A DNA stretch of 64,000 bases from Bigelowiella natans CCMP2755 (Eukaryota > Protista > Cercozoa). Under the pieces are notes generated by a model. The model saw only the letters and a list, made by a program, of their open reading frames with translations, was not told the origin of the DNA and searched no databases. The stretch is from NCBI GenBank assembly GCA_000320545.1, contig ADNK01000267.1, positions 554 to 64,553 of the forward strand, read 5' to 3'. Position 1 is the stretch's first letter. The number at the start of each line of letters is the position of its first letter. This document shows positions 14,721 to 29,498 of this stretch, in pieces. Position numbers and translations under genes: made by a program.

Positions 14721-15123
14721 GATAAAATTCGATCTGAGTGTTGAAATCGATTGTTTATAATCAATCTACTTAGAATTCAACAAGTACACATCTTTTCTAG
14801 TGGCACTTGCATCGCTTTGACATGATTATTTTCAGTGGATAATTCTATATAACAATCTAAAAAGTAATTTGTAGTTATCATTTTCATTTTAATATCGTAA
14901 TGGATGTTGGGTGTTGTTTCGAATGAATGTGTGTCTACTATCTCTATTGATAAATAAGAACTAGCTAAGGAGGACGGAGTATGAATGAAACACGCTAACA
15001 TAAATTTACAAAGTAATGGTTACCACCACAACGAAATGGCGGGAATCCATCGATTTTTGGCTTATCTTTTCTCTTTAGTTAAGCACATCATAAATAGTAG
15101 TAGTGGTAGAAGAAGAAGAAGAA

Positions 15124-17377
15124 CTATATACTAGGTGTACCACCACGCTGCTGTCTCCCTCTTCGATGGTTGATGTTCTCCATCATCATGTTTCTCCTCC
15201 TCAAAGACTTAATCATCGCACTGAATACTTGCTCAAAATTAACCCAGGATGGGAAACTGAATATCCTGCTGCTGCTGCTGCTTCCTTGCGATGATTTCTT
15301 TGCAGCTGCCGATGAAAGGCCATACTTATGGACGGCTGTTACCCAGTGATAGTCAAGTTTCTTCTCATCCATCATATGGAGTCCATTTGGTTTAAGATGC
15401 CCTTTTTTCTCTACAATGATGTATTCAATGTGTTTGTCCTTTTCTAAACTCTGCACCAATCCAGATAATAGCTGCAATTGATGATAAAGCTCAAGGTCAA
15501 GGTCCCATCTTCGATGTTTATAGCTAGTCATAGATCGCAACCACTTTTTGCTCTCTCTGCAAAATACGTCCTTAGAAATGGGTTCTTGACGCTTGATTTG
15601 CACTGCTAGAGAAGGTATTTCCTTCATGACATAGCCAATAGCGTTGACGAGGAGGAGAAACTGCTTCCCCTTGGTCATGCTATCATCAAATAATAGCCTG
15701 TGAAAATCTATTGCAAATTCGCCTCCTGTCTTAAAGCGTACTAGTGAATTTGTTGGACTGAAGTCAGGAGGGTAAACTCCAAGTCTGGTATTTGTGCGAG
15801 AAATCAATGATCCATCTCGATTGTCTAAAGTGTACATTTGCGTTGAAGATGATCCTATTGACAGTGCGAGTGCATTGTCGCGCTCTAGCGTAGGTCCAGC
15901 AAAAGGAAGGTTGATATCTATCATTGAAAGATCTTGATATTTAAACATCATCAGTCCCTCGAAATAAGCCTCATCAGAGGAGGAGAGCAGAGCGTGTTGA
16001 GGAGGAGCAGGAAAATCAACGAAGGTCGCAGCACCAAATGCAGCCTGAAGTTGTGCTCGCATCAGATCTTCCCATTCTGGACCTCCAATCTCTCTGATCT
16101 TTCCAGTTTGTAGTACAGTTAGTCTTGCTGTGGCAGCAAGGGGATTTACTTCCGATATCTGCCTGCACGCACTGCGAATAACCCTCGCAAGATACGATGA
16201 AACTTCTTCCCAAGGATAGGCTGAAGAATCACTGTAGTCGACGAATGTGTACCCAAGCTCAGCGTAATCTGGAGGTGTTCTTTCTTTTATTAAACCACGT
16301 TCCAAGCCTTCCTTCCTTAGCTCTATACATTCGGAGCACGAGCTATTCGCAAGCATCAACTAATAATAATAATAATAATAGAGAAGAATATCTTAAATCG
16401 TTGTTCAATATATATTCGGAGCACGAGCTATTCCCATGCATCAGATAATAATAATAATAATTATAATAATTATTGAGAAGAATATCTTAAATCGTCGTTC
16501 ACGTATATGCGGATACTACAATCGTATAGAAGGGGGGGAAATAGGAGGAGGGGGAGGGGAGGGGGTGTGCACAGAAATTTTAGACCTTGCTTTTCATCAC
16601 AGATCGTTGATTTCCAGTGCCATCAAAATAGTGTACCGTAAGGCTAGCCTATTTTATTAATCAGAGTAAAACCAGGCGAGTGTTATGAAGTATTATTAAT
16701 AAGAATTTCTTAATCTCAACGATGGTGGCAGGGTAGCTTTTTTGTCCAAAAATCGACGATTTTATGAACTCAATGAAAGCTGGTGGTAGTATTATTCTTC
16801 TTCTTACCCCTCCAAGATCCACAAGAATCTCTGGATCTCGGCTATTACTTGTTCCCGTAGTGGAGGCACCGACGTCGCCAACCACCCCCCTTCCAGTAAT
16901 GAAGCTCGCAGCACGCCTAACCGCCTGCAGAGGATTGTTAGTACCCATCGACGAGATGAGAGGGGAACCAACACCGTCTACTGGTGTAGATTTCCTACTA
17001 TGATGGCTTTCACTCAAAATAGAAGCCAACGTATGGCGCCCAGATTGTGACTGATGTTTACATCTTTTCCATCGAAGAGGACTGTTGACAGCACTGAAAG
17101 AAGCAAAACACAAGAAGCAAAACAAAATTTAGACATCACCGGCATTGAAATCATGGTTGTGTCAGGACCTCTGATGATGAAGTTGCCGAAATCCTCTCGT
17201 TTTGATCGAAACAGTGTCTCTTAAATTTTTCCCATTTGACTTTGCGATACCGAGAAACCCCCTTGCATCAAGGCTGATGCAGCAAGATAAGAGGCTGGCG
17301 CACACCATCGCCGCAACCACCTCTGCAACTATCCATCCACCTTTCCGACTCCGCCGCACAGGAAACCAGCGGGCCAT
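15124..17377 (-). CDS. Divergent ASKHA-fold hydrolase (GDA1/CD39 apyrase- or Ppx/GppA-like) with N-terminal hydrophobic leader
   Basis: Spliced phosphate-1 motif ILVDLGG|ASLTVHYF, then VLQTGKIR (ACR2-like), LLSSSDEAYFEG (ACR3-like), LSIGSSSTQMY (ACR4/phosphate-2-like) and YHWVT (ACR5-like), in the expected order. Last exon is about 400 codons. Confidence 0.6.
16329..16507. repeat. Two diverged ~85-95 bp tandem copies next to a splice acceptor
   Basis: attcggagcacgagctatt...gagaagaatatcttaaatcgt occurs at 16329 and 16414. Confidence 0.8.
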
Positions 17378-18904
17378 AGGTGTGGATTAGATAGTCGATA
17401 GAAAAAGTTTGATTTGGAAGATAATTTCCCCAAGGCTGTGGCAATTAGGTGTGTGGTTTCGGAGGGGCGGGGCGTATCGCTCTCTTACTCTCTTTACGTT
17501 TAAACGAAAATTAAGTCAGAAACACATCTTAAAATAGAACACTGGAGATATGACAATTCTGGTGATATGCTACTCTTAGAGGAATGTATATTCTAATTTA
17601 ACCCCCTTAAAATAGAATACATCAGGTTTTCTTGTGGATATTTGAGTCTTAGCTGTGTTTTCCTTTCCCCCAAAATGGCCTTGGTTAGGATAAATTTAAG
17701 AGGGTTGTTCCGAAAGATAGCTAAGAAAGATAGCTCCGAACAAAACAACGGAAACGCCCCTGTTTTTACGTCCTTTTCCTGCATAAGAAACATTTTCATC
17801 ACAAAATTATTGAAACTCTCCGTACTTTTGTCGGACTTCGCAGAGCCGACAAAATCGTAAAACAGTTTTTCCGGCTCCTTTTGAAAAGTGTCGCCTGTTG
17901 TTGTTGTTGTTACTATGAACTTCAGCAACTGGATAATCCAGTGCAGATAAGTCTCGGATGTCTGGAGAAGTAACAAATATAATTTCTGAGATCCGGTATG
18001 TTCATTGTAATATTTTCTGAAATAATTTTTGGTCCAAATATTGGTTGTTTGATATGTAAATTGTGACAAATTGCTACTAATATTAAAAAAGTTTCAAATT
18101 GTTCTCTCTGATGTTATTTCGAAATAGTTCATTTATTACTTAGACATAAAAAGTATCGGGAAAATATTACCTTCACATTGCTCGACTATCATTTGACAAC
18201 TAACTCACGAACTCTTTGACTGCCTAGCCTACAGCAAATACATTCGAAATATCCATCCCACTCTCATGCGAACGACTATTGACCAAAACAATAAGTTGAA
18301 TGCAACAGTAATAACAATAAAGATATTAATGAATGTATGAGTGATAATTCTTGCATGTCTCTCGAATGGCGAAGTGTCTATTAACGATGCAGCAGCATTA
18401 GGGTTTGCTGGGTAGTGTATGATGTACTTTCATAGTCGTCCCACCCAATATCCGGTAAATAGGATATACATGTTGTCGCAGGATAAAGATGGTATGGTAG
18501 TAGTGTTATAAGACACACACAATATGACCTTCATCATCTTAAAAGGGTCCTCCTCTATCATCACCGTCATCGTCTTCTTCTTATCGTCCCCTATCCGAGT
18601 GGCATAGACATCACATATTGCATTACATAACATAACCTACCACCTGCAACAACAACCCTCTCCCCCCCGTCGACCTAGGCTGCAGCTCATCATGCGGTGT
18701 TTTACGTGGAAATTAATAGCGTAAAGTAGATAGAAAAGTAAGTTGACAAGGGCCTGTATCTTGGAGGCATCACTTCATGACGCTGGAAACACTTTAATGG
18801 GTTGAATAATTTGACACTACGACGACGAGTGCAATAGAAAGAATAATAATAAAGTAAGTGGTGCTGCACTGGGGTATACTCGGGGCCTGCTTAACAAGCC
18901 GAAG

Positions 18905-19654
18905 ATGGTCCAATGGGGTGGTGACCCGGAAGTACAAGTGTACTCCCTAAACGGTAGTAGTTGTAATACACATACATACAACAATACTTATGGCTTTTCT
19001 TCTAGTAGAATCGAGGAATATCTCGACATATTCTAACTACGAATCATACTTAATCAGCCGATGGTCAAAGCGTGGAATCAAGCTTATCTACCGAAAATAA
19101 ACTCATCTTTGTCTACACTATCACGATGTAAGTATTAAGAGTATGTTCACCTTCACATTTTCAAGGATGATTCGTTTTGATAGAAATTATTTTTGATGAC
19201 TCCTAACTTGTACTTTTGACGACCCCTCCTTACACCACGTTGAATCAGAATCGAGTACATCCTGCTGTGGTGGTGGATGCGACAAAATAAACTCGTTTTG
19301 CGGCACAAAGGGCAGCGGGAATCTGTAAAGAAAATGGCAGCTCGGCAGATCCTCTTGCCTTTCTTCGAGACGATTATCCTGTTGTCTAGATAATACTACT
19401 AATTTATTCAATTTTTAAAAATGCAAATATTCATTCAACATCTATGGTTGCTTAAATATACATATGATATCTTCATTCCCTCTCTCTCTCTCTCTCTCTC
19501 TCCCCCCCCCCCCCCCATCTCTCTCACGTGTGTAGATTATCAATTTTAGAGATATGTAAATTATGAAACAAAGGAACTTATGAAATGATATGTATGCGTC
19601 ACACATTACGTCGTATATATTATATGTTGCAAGTGTCGGCATGAGTAGTAGTGT

Positions 19655-19685
<31 letters not shown>

Positions 19686-20232
19686 CACTCATGTGATGGA
19701 TCAATCATCTTGAAGAAGAAGAAGAAGAAAAAGAAAAAGAAGGCCTCTGACGACATTGCAGCAGCCCCTTTTCTTCTTCTTCTTCTTCTTCTTCTTCTTC
19801 TTCTTCTTCTCACATGCTCTTTCTCTAGGCTGTTTCCGTTCCTAACATTAATGAGGGGCTTCTGCGTCCATGCGTTTGTCGTAAATAACACATTTGCGGA
19901 GATGCAATCCCTGGAGCAATGGTTTGATAAACACATGATGTGTGTTAACTCCCTCCTCTACTTCTTCTCATCATCATCATCATCAATTAATATCTCTGTA
20001 GGGCTGATCTGTCTTTGCTGGAAAGTGCCACGTATGGCGCTTTTCTACTGGGAATGCTTCTTTTTCAGGTACTAGTCTTGTTTATGTAGTAGTGTGCTGT
20101 TGTTATTATTATCCCAAGTAATAATAAAAAAGGAATCTACTTTAAATTGGACGTGGTGTTTTTCCTCCTTCATTTTCAAACCTTGATTCTCGCAGTATAA
20201 ACAATCACAGACACCCACACCCCCCCCCCAAC

Positions 20233-20269
<37 letters not shown>

Positions 20270-20278
20270 AATAAAGTG

Positions 20279-20341
<63 letters not shown>

Positions 20342-20786
20342 TGTGTGTTTAATTTTTTTTGTTACGTCGGCTTATTTCCTTCAACCGTGGAAGCTTGACA
20401 CTAGAGTCATCATCATCATCATCATTATTGTTGTTGTTATTATTGTTATTATTGTTGTTATCGTACTTGTGAAAAGATCTCTTTTGTTCCGATGTACCTC
20501 CTCGAAACAACTATTGGACCTGAGGTAAGAATATGATGATTGGGGTTATAATTGAGAAGAATCATGCCTAATCACGACGACTACTAAATATGATGATCAA
20601 GTAAGTCAATCAAAAAAGAAAGATAATAAGAGGGTATTATTTAAACGAACAAAAATTTTGTTTGCCTCATTTAATTTAAGGTGTATAAATCGGCGCTCTG
20701 GTGGTCCTCATGGTTAGAATTTATTTACCTCAAAAGATGATTAAAATGATGTTTGTTCTTGACGATACTTTATGCAGAAGCTAATC

Positions 20787-20818
<32 letters not shown>

Positions 20819-21714
20819 GGCTAGCTGGGGGATTGTTCGTGACATCTCTTGCCCCGAGCATATTTGGAGTTATTGCAGCAAACTTAGCAGCTGCTGCTCC
20901 GGTTTGCTAGATATTACAACAACAACAACTACTACTACTACTACTACTACTATAGCACAATCCCACACCCACACCATACATAATAATAATAATAATAACC
21001 ACATATTGTGTTGATTCATGATCAATGATAACGATAATAATGATCAATAGTGTGGACCTAGTAGTAGTAATAGTAGTAATAGTAGCGTCATTATCATTGT
21101 TCCGTTGCAAGTAGTCATCTTTGACGATGGTGATGATGATGATGATTTAATATGAATGTAGCTTGGAGTATTCCTCACCTACTAAGAAGTTGGATTTGTT
21201 GCCTTCCTTACTCTTCCTTCCCCAGCATGAAAACATGATGATCATCGGTGCCAGTGGATCTGCTGAATCGTCATCATCGTTGTCCTTCTTTTATTCGTCT
21301 TCGTTGTATATGGTTTGTTATTGTCAATCACTCGATCATCGAGATCCCTTCATCATCATTATCACCATCATCATTATTATTATCATCATCGTTATCATCA
21401 TTATCCGAAGATATAGCAGCATCAGCAGCAGCAGCAGAAGAAGAAGAAGAAGAAGAAGAAGAGAGACGCTGCATACATGTGTGCGTGTGTTTGTAACTGA
21501 TGTTGATTGTTTGTGTGTGTAATCAGAAGATTGATGAATTTTTACACAACAAGAGTGCACATGTGTACCCCATTCTAGGTACACAACAACAACCACCATA
21601 TCCACCATAGTCACTATCTATTACTACTGTAAGATGATGATGATGATGATGATAGCAGTAAATGACATAATTATGATGACGATGATTATGAGCTGTTGAT
21701 GTTGTTATTGTTGG

Positions 21715-21747
<33 letters not shown>

Positions 21748-23091
21748 AGGATATTTGGGTCTTGTTGCTTTTGGATGGGTGTGCCTTCTCGTGAGAATAG
21801 CACAGTACAAAAATCCAAGATGGGGGTATTACTCACGAAAATCAATAATAAAATATAACTCATTAGTAGTAATAGTAGGAGGAGGAGGAGGAAGGGGGTG
21901 GGGGGGGGGAGAAGAATACTACTGCTACTTCATTTATTAACAAATAAGTAGTGTTATTGCTGTTTTACACGCTAATTGAGCACCAGCCTTAACAACCTTT
22001 ATGCAAGATATGTGATATTTGATAATCATAATCGTATTAATATCGTTAGGTGCATGTTGCAAAGTTATGTTGGAGTGGCCGCATTATACTACATCATCGT
22101 CGCATTTGCTCTTTTTCATTTCTTGCATCAAAGTACGCCAACAGCTATATTCTCCTCATCAGTATCACCACCAAACTCATCACTATCGAGCACAAGGGGG
22201 GGGGCGGAGGGATTTGGCAGTTTGATAAGCGGTTCCGCCTCCTCCTCTTCTAGCATGGGAGGAGGAGGAAGAAAAGGACTGCTTACATCCAGAGCACGTA
22301 GTAGCAGTGGTGCTGGTGGTAGTAGTGCTCGAGACACCGTCGAGGAGGGGAAAATGGTAGTACCATCATCATCATCATCATCATCGTCATCAACATCATT
22401 ATCATCATCATCATTATCATCAACCATTACCATCATTATCAGTACCTTGCTTATGCGGACTGTGGAATGGCAATGATCCTTCCTCTGATGTTGTGGTGAG
22501 TAAGTAGCAGTAGGAGTAGTACAAGGAAGAAGAAGAAGAAGAAGAAGAATATAAATAGTAGTGTGCAGTAGTAGTTGTAGTAGTAGTAGTAGTACCTGTA
22601 ATTCTAGAGCAAGGAAAATGATGATGATGAGATGAGGATGATGAGGTCTTCTTCTTCTTCTTCTTGTTGGAATAATTGTGGTAATAATCAACAGGCTGAC
22701 ACTGAGAGAGGAAGCTCAATGTAACAACCAACATATCATTATAATAAACAAATAATGACAAGATAATGCAGAAGAAGAAGAAGAAGGGAAAATAAAAATG
22801 GTTCATTGCTGATTGATCGTCATTCGAGTAGTTAGCCAAGCTGTAGAAGCTGAAAGAAGACATCGATAACGATATAAATATATATATATAGGATTGTACT
22901 TTGCAATCTTTATTTAACAAGTCAATGGTTCTTTTTTTGGTCTTCTTTTTCATTATTGTGTTATTATTTTCCATTTTTTCATCATTACCTTGATATTCAT
23001 TATCATAATCTTCATCTATCAATCCTCGAATATCTTCCCTCCCTCTCTCCCTCCTTCCCTAAGGGTGGCGAGCATTTGCTCTGCAGGTACC

Positions 23092-23125
<34 letters not shown>

Positions 23126-23152
23126 CGTAGTAATGAGGTGTTGTAAAATACA

Positions 23153-23190
<38 letters not shown>

Positions 23191-23545
23191 AATGAATGGC
23201 GGAATAGCTGTGAATCATTATCCTCCTCCTCCTCCTCCTCCTACTACTACTACTACTACCACTACCTAGGTAATGGGGACTAGACGTACCATGTCTGGCG
23301 TGGAGAACATTCCCATACAAACTGCTCATCAAATGCTACGAGAGGTACTAGTAGTACTCATGCATGCACGCATCAAATCCCACCAAAATAGTAATAGTAA
23401 TAATAATAATAATAATGGGTAGTGGTGGTGGTAGTAGTAGTAGTTGTTGTTGTTGGCCTTCTTGTCATCAAGATGTTACTACTACTACTGCTACTACTGC
23501 TACTACTGCTACTACTACTGCATTCAACAGAAGCATTATCAGGCA

Positions 23546-23584
<39 letters not shown>

Positions 23585-24492
23585 CCTCTTCTTCTTATCT
23601 GTGATCTCTCAATAATGTCATTCTTCAGCATCTTATAATGATAGACTTTACGGAGTTGGACTTCTTAGGACGTGGTGGATCAGGTATAACAACAACAACA
23701 AGAAGAAGAAAAAGAAGAAGAAGAAGACACAGTAGCACTACCGAAACCAGCAGTAGCAGCAGCAGCAGCATCATAAATAAATAAACGCAGCAGCATAAAT
23801 AAATAAACGCAGCAGCATAAATAAATAATCGCTGGCGCTGAACAAAATGTTATTGTTGTTGTTGTTATTATTATTAAATTCGATTGAAGTACTTCCTTCT
23901 CCCCTACTACCCTCCAACAACACCAAGTGCTACTACTTTGTTCAACAAACAAATAAATAAACAAACAAACAAACAAACAGGTGCCTCAGGATCAGTCTAT
24001 CGATGCAGATATCAAGGTCAACTTGTTGCTGCAAAGACCTTTTTAGAAAAGGTACTACTACCACTTCTACTACTACTACTACTATTGGATACTGATTGGT
24101 GATAATTAACAATAACAATAACAACAATAATGATATGAATCATGATGATGACGATGATGGTGAGAGCATGTTGTCTGTTGTCTATCAATTGCTGCTACCT
24201 ACATCCAATAGAATAATCATAATATATATATAGGAATATACAAATATATAATAAATATATAGATGTATATGTGTGTCAAATTAGTAGTAGTCGTAGTAGC
24301 AGTAGTAGCCAATCTCTTGTTGTGGTCCTCCTCCTCCTCCTCCTACTACTACTACTAGTAGTAGTAGTAGTAGTAGTAATTGGTGGTGATACTATGTATT
24401 ATTAATAAAAAAAAAACAGTAGCAGCAGCCTAGTAGTTTATTAGATTGTTGTAATTTGGAAGAAGGAGGAGGACCTTAAAAGTATCAATATT

Positions 24493-24528
<36 letters not shown>

Positions 24529-24675
24529 GATATGATATATGTTATTTAAGGCAATCTCCATATCCGACCTGTTGAGAGTCGCAAAAGAGGCATTTCTGTG
24601 TCATCGTGTACGGTATGAAAAAGAAGACCAAAAACAACAACAACAACAACAATTCTAGGACGCTACTCTAACTGC

Positions 24676-24719
<44 letters not shown>

Positions 24720-25266
24720 TGTGGTTAACTTAGTAGCTGTTAAGTGCCGTATCATGATCATCACGATAATGATGATGATGATTATGATGATGATGATGAT
24801 GATGATAGTCGTTACTTGATTTTTTAATTGATTGATTAGACACCCTCACGTTGTAGAGTTCCTTGGGATGTGTGTTTCACCTCCCAATCTTTATTTGGTA
24901 CTAGTAGCAGTAGTAGTAGTAGTAGTAGTAGCAGTACCACGCCTCATGATGATGGTAACGATGATGATGCAGCAGATGCATGATAATGATGAGGAAACAT
25001 AAACGACGATTAGTTGGTCTATTCTATTATTTATGATTATCTATTCTAATTAATCAACACAAGCAGTAGCAGTAGTACTAGTTTATTCTATCAAACAGCA
25101 GCAGCATGTACTAATTGTCTACCTTCATTCCTACTCGTAGGTGTTTGAATGGTGCACACATCGATCACTTCTCAATATGCTATTGGATTTGTCAAACACC
25201 AAATTGCCTTGGAGAACACGTGTCAGGTTGCTCTCACTTAATTATTTGTTTTCTATCTCACACAAG

Positions 25267-25301
<35 letters not shown>

Positions 25302-25780
25302 ATCAATATGAAACATGAGCAACATCCTTCATCGTCAAATATGAACAAATTATTATGGTTTTTCGGAGACAAAGAAAGAGGGGGATGAGGAGGAAGGGGA
25401 AGAGGAGGAGGAGGAAATAATGATGTTCAACAATAATATCATCAGCATTCTGTTTGTTCGTTGTCTACTACAGCTACTACTACTGCTACTACTACTACTA
25501 TTTTCCATTGAGGAAAATGAAATAAACAGCAGCATCATGACTCTACTACTTGCTGATAATGCTGTCACCTGTCCTATTATAATCTTTTTCTTATACTTAT
25601 TCACATAGCATTGATACTATAATTGATATAGATAATTATACAAATATGAATAATAATGATGGATCTCATAGGTTTGCTTTAGAGGTTGCAAAAGGTTTGA
25701 ATGCTCTGCACAAGATTGGTAAAAGAAATACTACCTAGCATCACCACCACTAAAATTGTTGTTGTTTGGTAGAAAACACA

Positions 25781-25812
<32 letters not shown>

Positions 25813-27299
25813 ATGCCCTACTCTATGCTACTTACCCTAACCATAAAGCAAAGAATCACCACCTATAATATAGTATGGTGATGATGCGTATTATGTGCCT
25901 GTATTAAAAATTGCATGATCATCTATCTTCTTCTTCTTCTTCTTCTTCTTCTTCTTCTTCTGCTGCTTACTATTATGATTTATTATCATTATAATTGTTT
26001 TTCTTTACGTCTTGTTGTTGTTGTTGTTGTTGTTGTTTAGGTGCCGTTCATCGAGACGTCAAGACAGAGAATATTTTGGTCACGCTCAACCAAAATGGTA
26101 GTTATAATAATGCTCAAAAGAACCAAGAGAGGACAAGTCATGATGATGTACTAAATAATACTTATTAGTAATACCAAATCTTCTTTTTCTTCTTTAACAT
26201 CTTCTTCTTCTTCTTCTTATCAGGGAGATTTACATGCAAATTGTGTGATTTTGGAAGTTCTCGTCTAATCGCTACTCTGTACAACAACAACAACAACAAC
26301 GCGGTACTACTACTACTACTACTACTACTACTTTGTTCGTACTGCATAATCATAATAATAACAATAACAATAAATAATGATAAATAATAGTGATGATAAC
26401 AATAATAATAGCAAAAGGTGAAACACACGATGATGATGATGATGGTGATGATGATGATGTTGTATTATCACCTAATATTGATGGAGGGAATCTGCTATGT
26501 GTTTTCTTTGGTGGGGTTATGCTGGTGGTGCTGCTGCAAATCTTTATTTGTCATGAGTTAGATCATAGCCGGTGCTACCGACTCCAAGATTAGGAGGGGG
26601 AGGAGGAGGAGGAGGAGGAGGGGAAGAAACAGCACACGGACAACAACTACTACTAGTACTAGTACTTCTCATAACAGTTGCACCAACATGGTGATCGATA
26701 TTGCTGCAAGTTCGGACAACAACAACAACAATACTACTACTACTACTACGGCAAAGGAGGCAAAGATGGTGAGATTCCTCCCCTCCATACAACAATACTA
26801 CTAATAGTAATAGTTATTACATGACGTTGATGATAATGATGATAATATCATCAGCATAGTAACCGTTTCGTTGATAACAAGACCAACTACAACTACTACC
26901 AGGACAGCTACCAAAACAACGGTGAGTAGTAGTAATAGTAGTAGTAGTAGTACATAAGATAAGATGCGGCAGCTTTGCGTTTAAAGATAAAAGCATATTG
27001 GTATTATATTGATAGAATATTGGTATTATATTGATAGATTCTCTTTTCTGAGATGGAATTGTTGAATGTAGATCATTAAATATGCATTATTTGATGATGA
27101 GAGGGGGTTGTTCTTGTGTATTCTTCTTCCTCTTCTTCCCATTCCTATTCATCAACATTAATCAACTATATATTGACTGCTGTACTTAGAGTATAAGGGC
27201 TATCTGGTGGATGATGCTGATGATGATGATGATGATGATAAAGGTCTTCGTCATCGTGAAATTCCAAGTGGGTCAACAGCATCACGGTACTTTGTTATT

Positions 27300-27335
<36 letters not shown>

Positions 27336-27398
27336 GCACTGCACCAAAACATGTCGGTGATGATGATCAAACACTGAATTCGTAGTAATTTCATCATT

Positions 27399-27430
<32 letters not shown>

Positions 27431-27489
27431 ATTTATCAATCTTAATAGTATCACGCACACAAGCACACACACACACACACACACACACC

Positions 27490-27535
<46 letters not shown>

Positions 27536-27868
27536 ATTCGTTTAATTTATTCACTTAGGGATCATGACGGTGGTGACGGTTGTGACAATGATGACTCATC
27601 AGATAACCACCACCAGCAGCAGCACCACCAGCAGCAGCACCAACAACAACAACAGCATTTCCGATTAGACCTCGATTTATACATGCAAAAGGTAGTTACT
27701 TACGGAGTTGTTTTGGTTTGTGGTCGAGTATAGTAGTAGTAGTAGTAGTAGTAGTAGTAGCAGCGGAAAGAAGAAGAAGAAGAAGAATGATGATAATGAT
27801 GATTATTATGATGATGATGATGTAGCCATTGCATAGTAATAACAACTACTAATATTAATAAATGTACA

Positions 27869-27901
<33 letters not shown>

Positions 27902-27917
27902 ATATAACAATATCTAT

Positions 27918-27961
<44 letters not shown>

Positions 27962-28409
27962 TTGCTGTAACTACACTCTGATTGTACTACAATTACATCT
28001 ACTACTACTAACCAATGCACACATTGTGTATTATTAGGCATTCCAAGAAGATCGATTTCTGACAGGACTGGTACAAGAACAAGAAGAAGAAGAAGAAGAA
28101 GAAGAACAACAACAACAACAACAACAATATCAACATCGTAGTAGCTGAAAAAGTAGTAGTAGTAGTAGTAGTAGCAGTAAGAGTAGTAACAAGCACACAG
28201 CAGCCCTCCATTCCATTGAGGAAGGAGATAGAAACGTACTACACACGTAATAGCAGTAGTAGTAGTAGTAGTTAGTACATATAATAGCATATAGTAGTAT
28301 TCGAAGACTACTATGTAGGTTGGGACACACTATTGCTACCTACTACTACTACTACTACTACTACTACTAAACACACTTATCATACCAAAGTTGATGATGA
28401 TGATGATAA

Positions 28410-28440
<31 letters not shown>

Positions 28441-29113
28441 AACAACAACTATCATGTTGTAGGTTGGTACACCTGCATACATGGCCCCTGAGCTACTGCA
28501 AAACATTCACTGTGGGAGGAATACAATCACTGCTTTATCGAGAAAAGTAATAGTAGTAAGTTGTATTGGTAGGAGTAGTAGTAGTAGTGATGATGATGAT
28601 GGAGGTGTATAATGGTGAAGATACATCAATCATCATGTTGCATTATCATCATGCGACAAATGATGATGATGATCATCATCATTATTATTATTATTATTTT
28701 CATTATAAGGATAATGAGGAAAAGGATTATCACGCTACTACTACAAAAGCACTCAATCTTGTTCTTCTTGTTGCGACATTATCATAATGATCATGATTAT
28801 CATCATCAGGTGCCTTATGGACAAGCTATCGATGTGTTCAGTTTTGCGTATGTTATGTGGGAATTGCTCACCAGAAGACAGGTAAGTAGTAGTAGTAGGA
28901 GTAGTAGTAGTAGTTGTTGTATACGATGGATGATAATCATTTCTGATGTGTCATAATAATGATAATAATAATAATAATAATAATAATAATGTAGTGTATA
29001 GTGTTTTTATTACACAACAACATTAATCAATGGTGGTGGTGATAATAATAATCAGGTATACTCAAGTAAGAAATTCACCTTCAAGGAAATACACACGCAG
29101 GTACCTCCTCTTC

Positions 29114-29150
<37 letters not shown>

Positions 29151-29449
29151 AATTACGACTACTTAGTAATAGTAATGCTGCTACACGTTGTAGATAATGA
29201 TAAAAAAGGAGTAGTTGTAGTAGTTGTTGTAGTAGTAGTAGTAGGTACCATTTCTTTCTTGTTTCTTAGGGTATGTTGTTTCACCTTAGACTTCATTAAA
29301 ACTGATAATATATGAAGACAACTAGCTTGCTTCATTATATATGTATAATATGAATAATATTGAATAACCAAAAGGTTCTAGCTGGTAAGACCCCATCGAT
29401 GCCACCGCCAATGCCATGCCAAACACTCCACTCTGACTTCACAGGTACT

Positions 29450-29498
<49 letters not shown>

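Noticed and set aside
17593-18069. 158-aa minus-strand ORF in the divergent spacer
   Set aside because: Non-ATG start, no recognisable motif and no supported splice pattern. It could be a decayed insertion but cannot be called.
19375-19400. Apparent non-canonical donor (AG|AT) in the kinase gene
   Set aside because: A canonical GT donor a few bases upstream (ctgtt|gtctag) keeps the frame, so non-canonical splicing need not be invoked.
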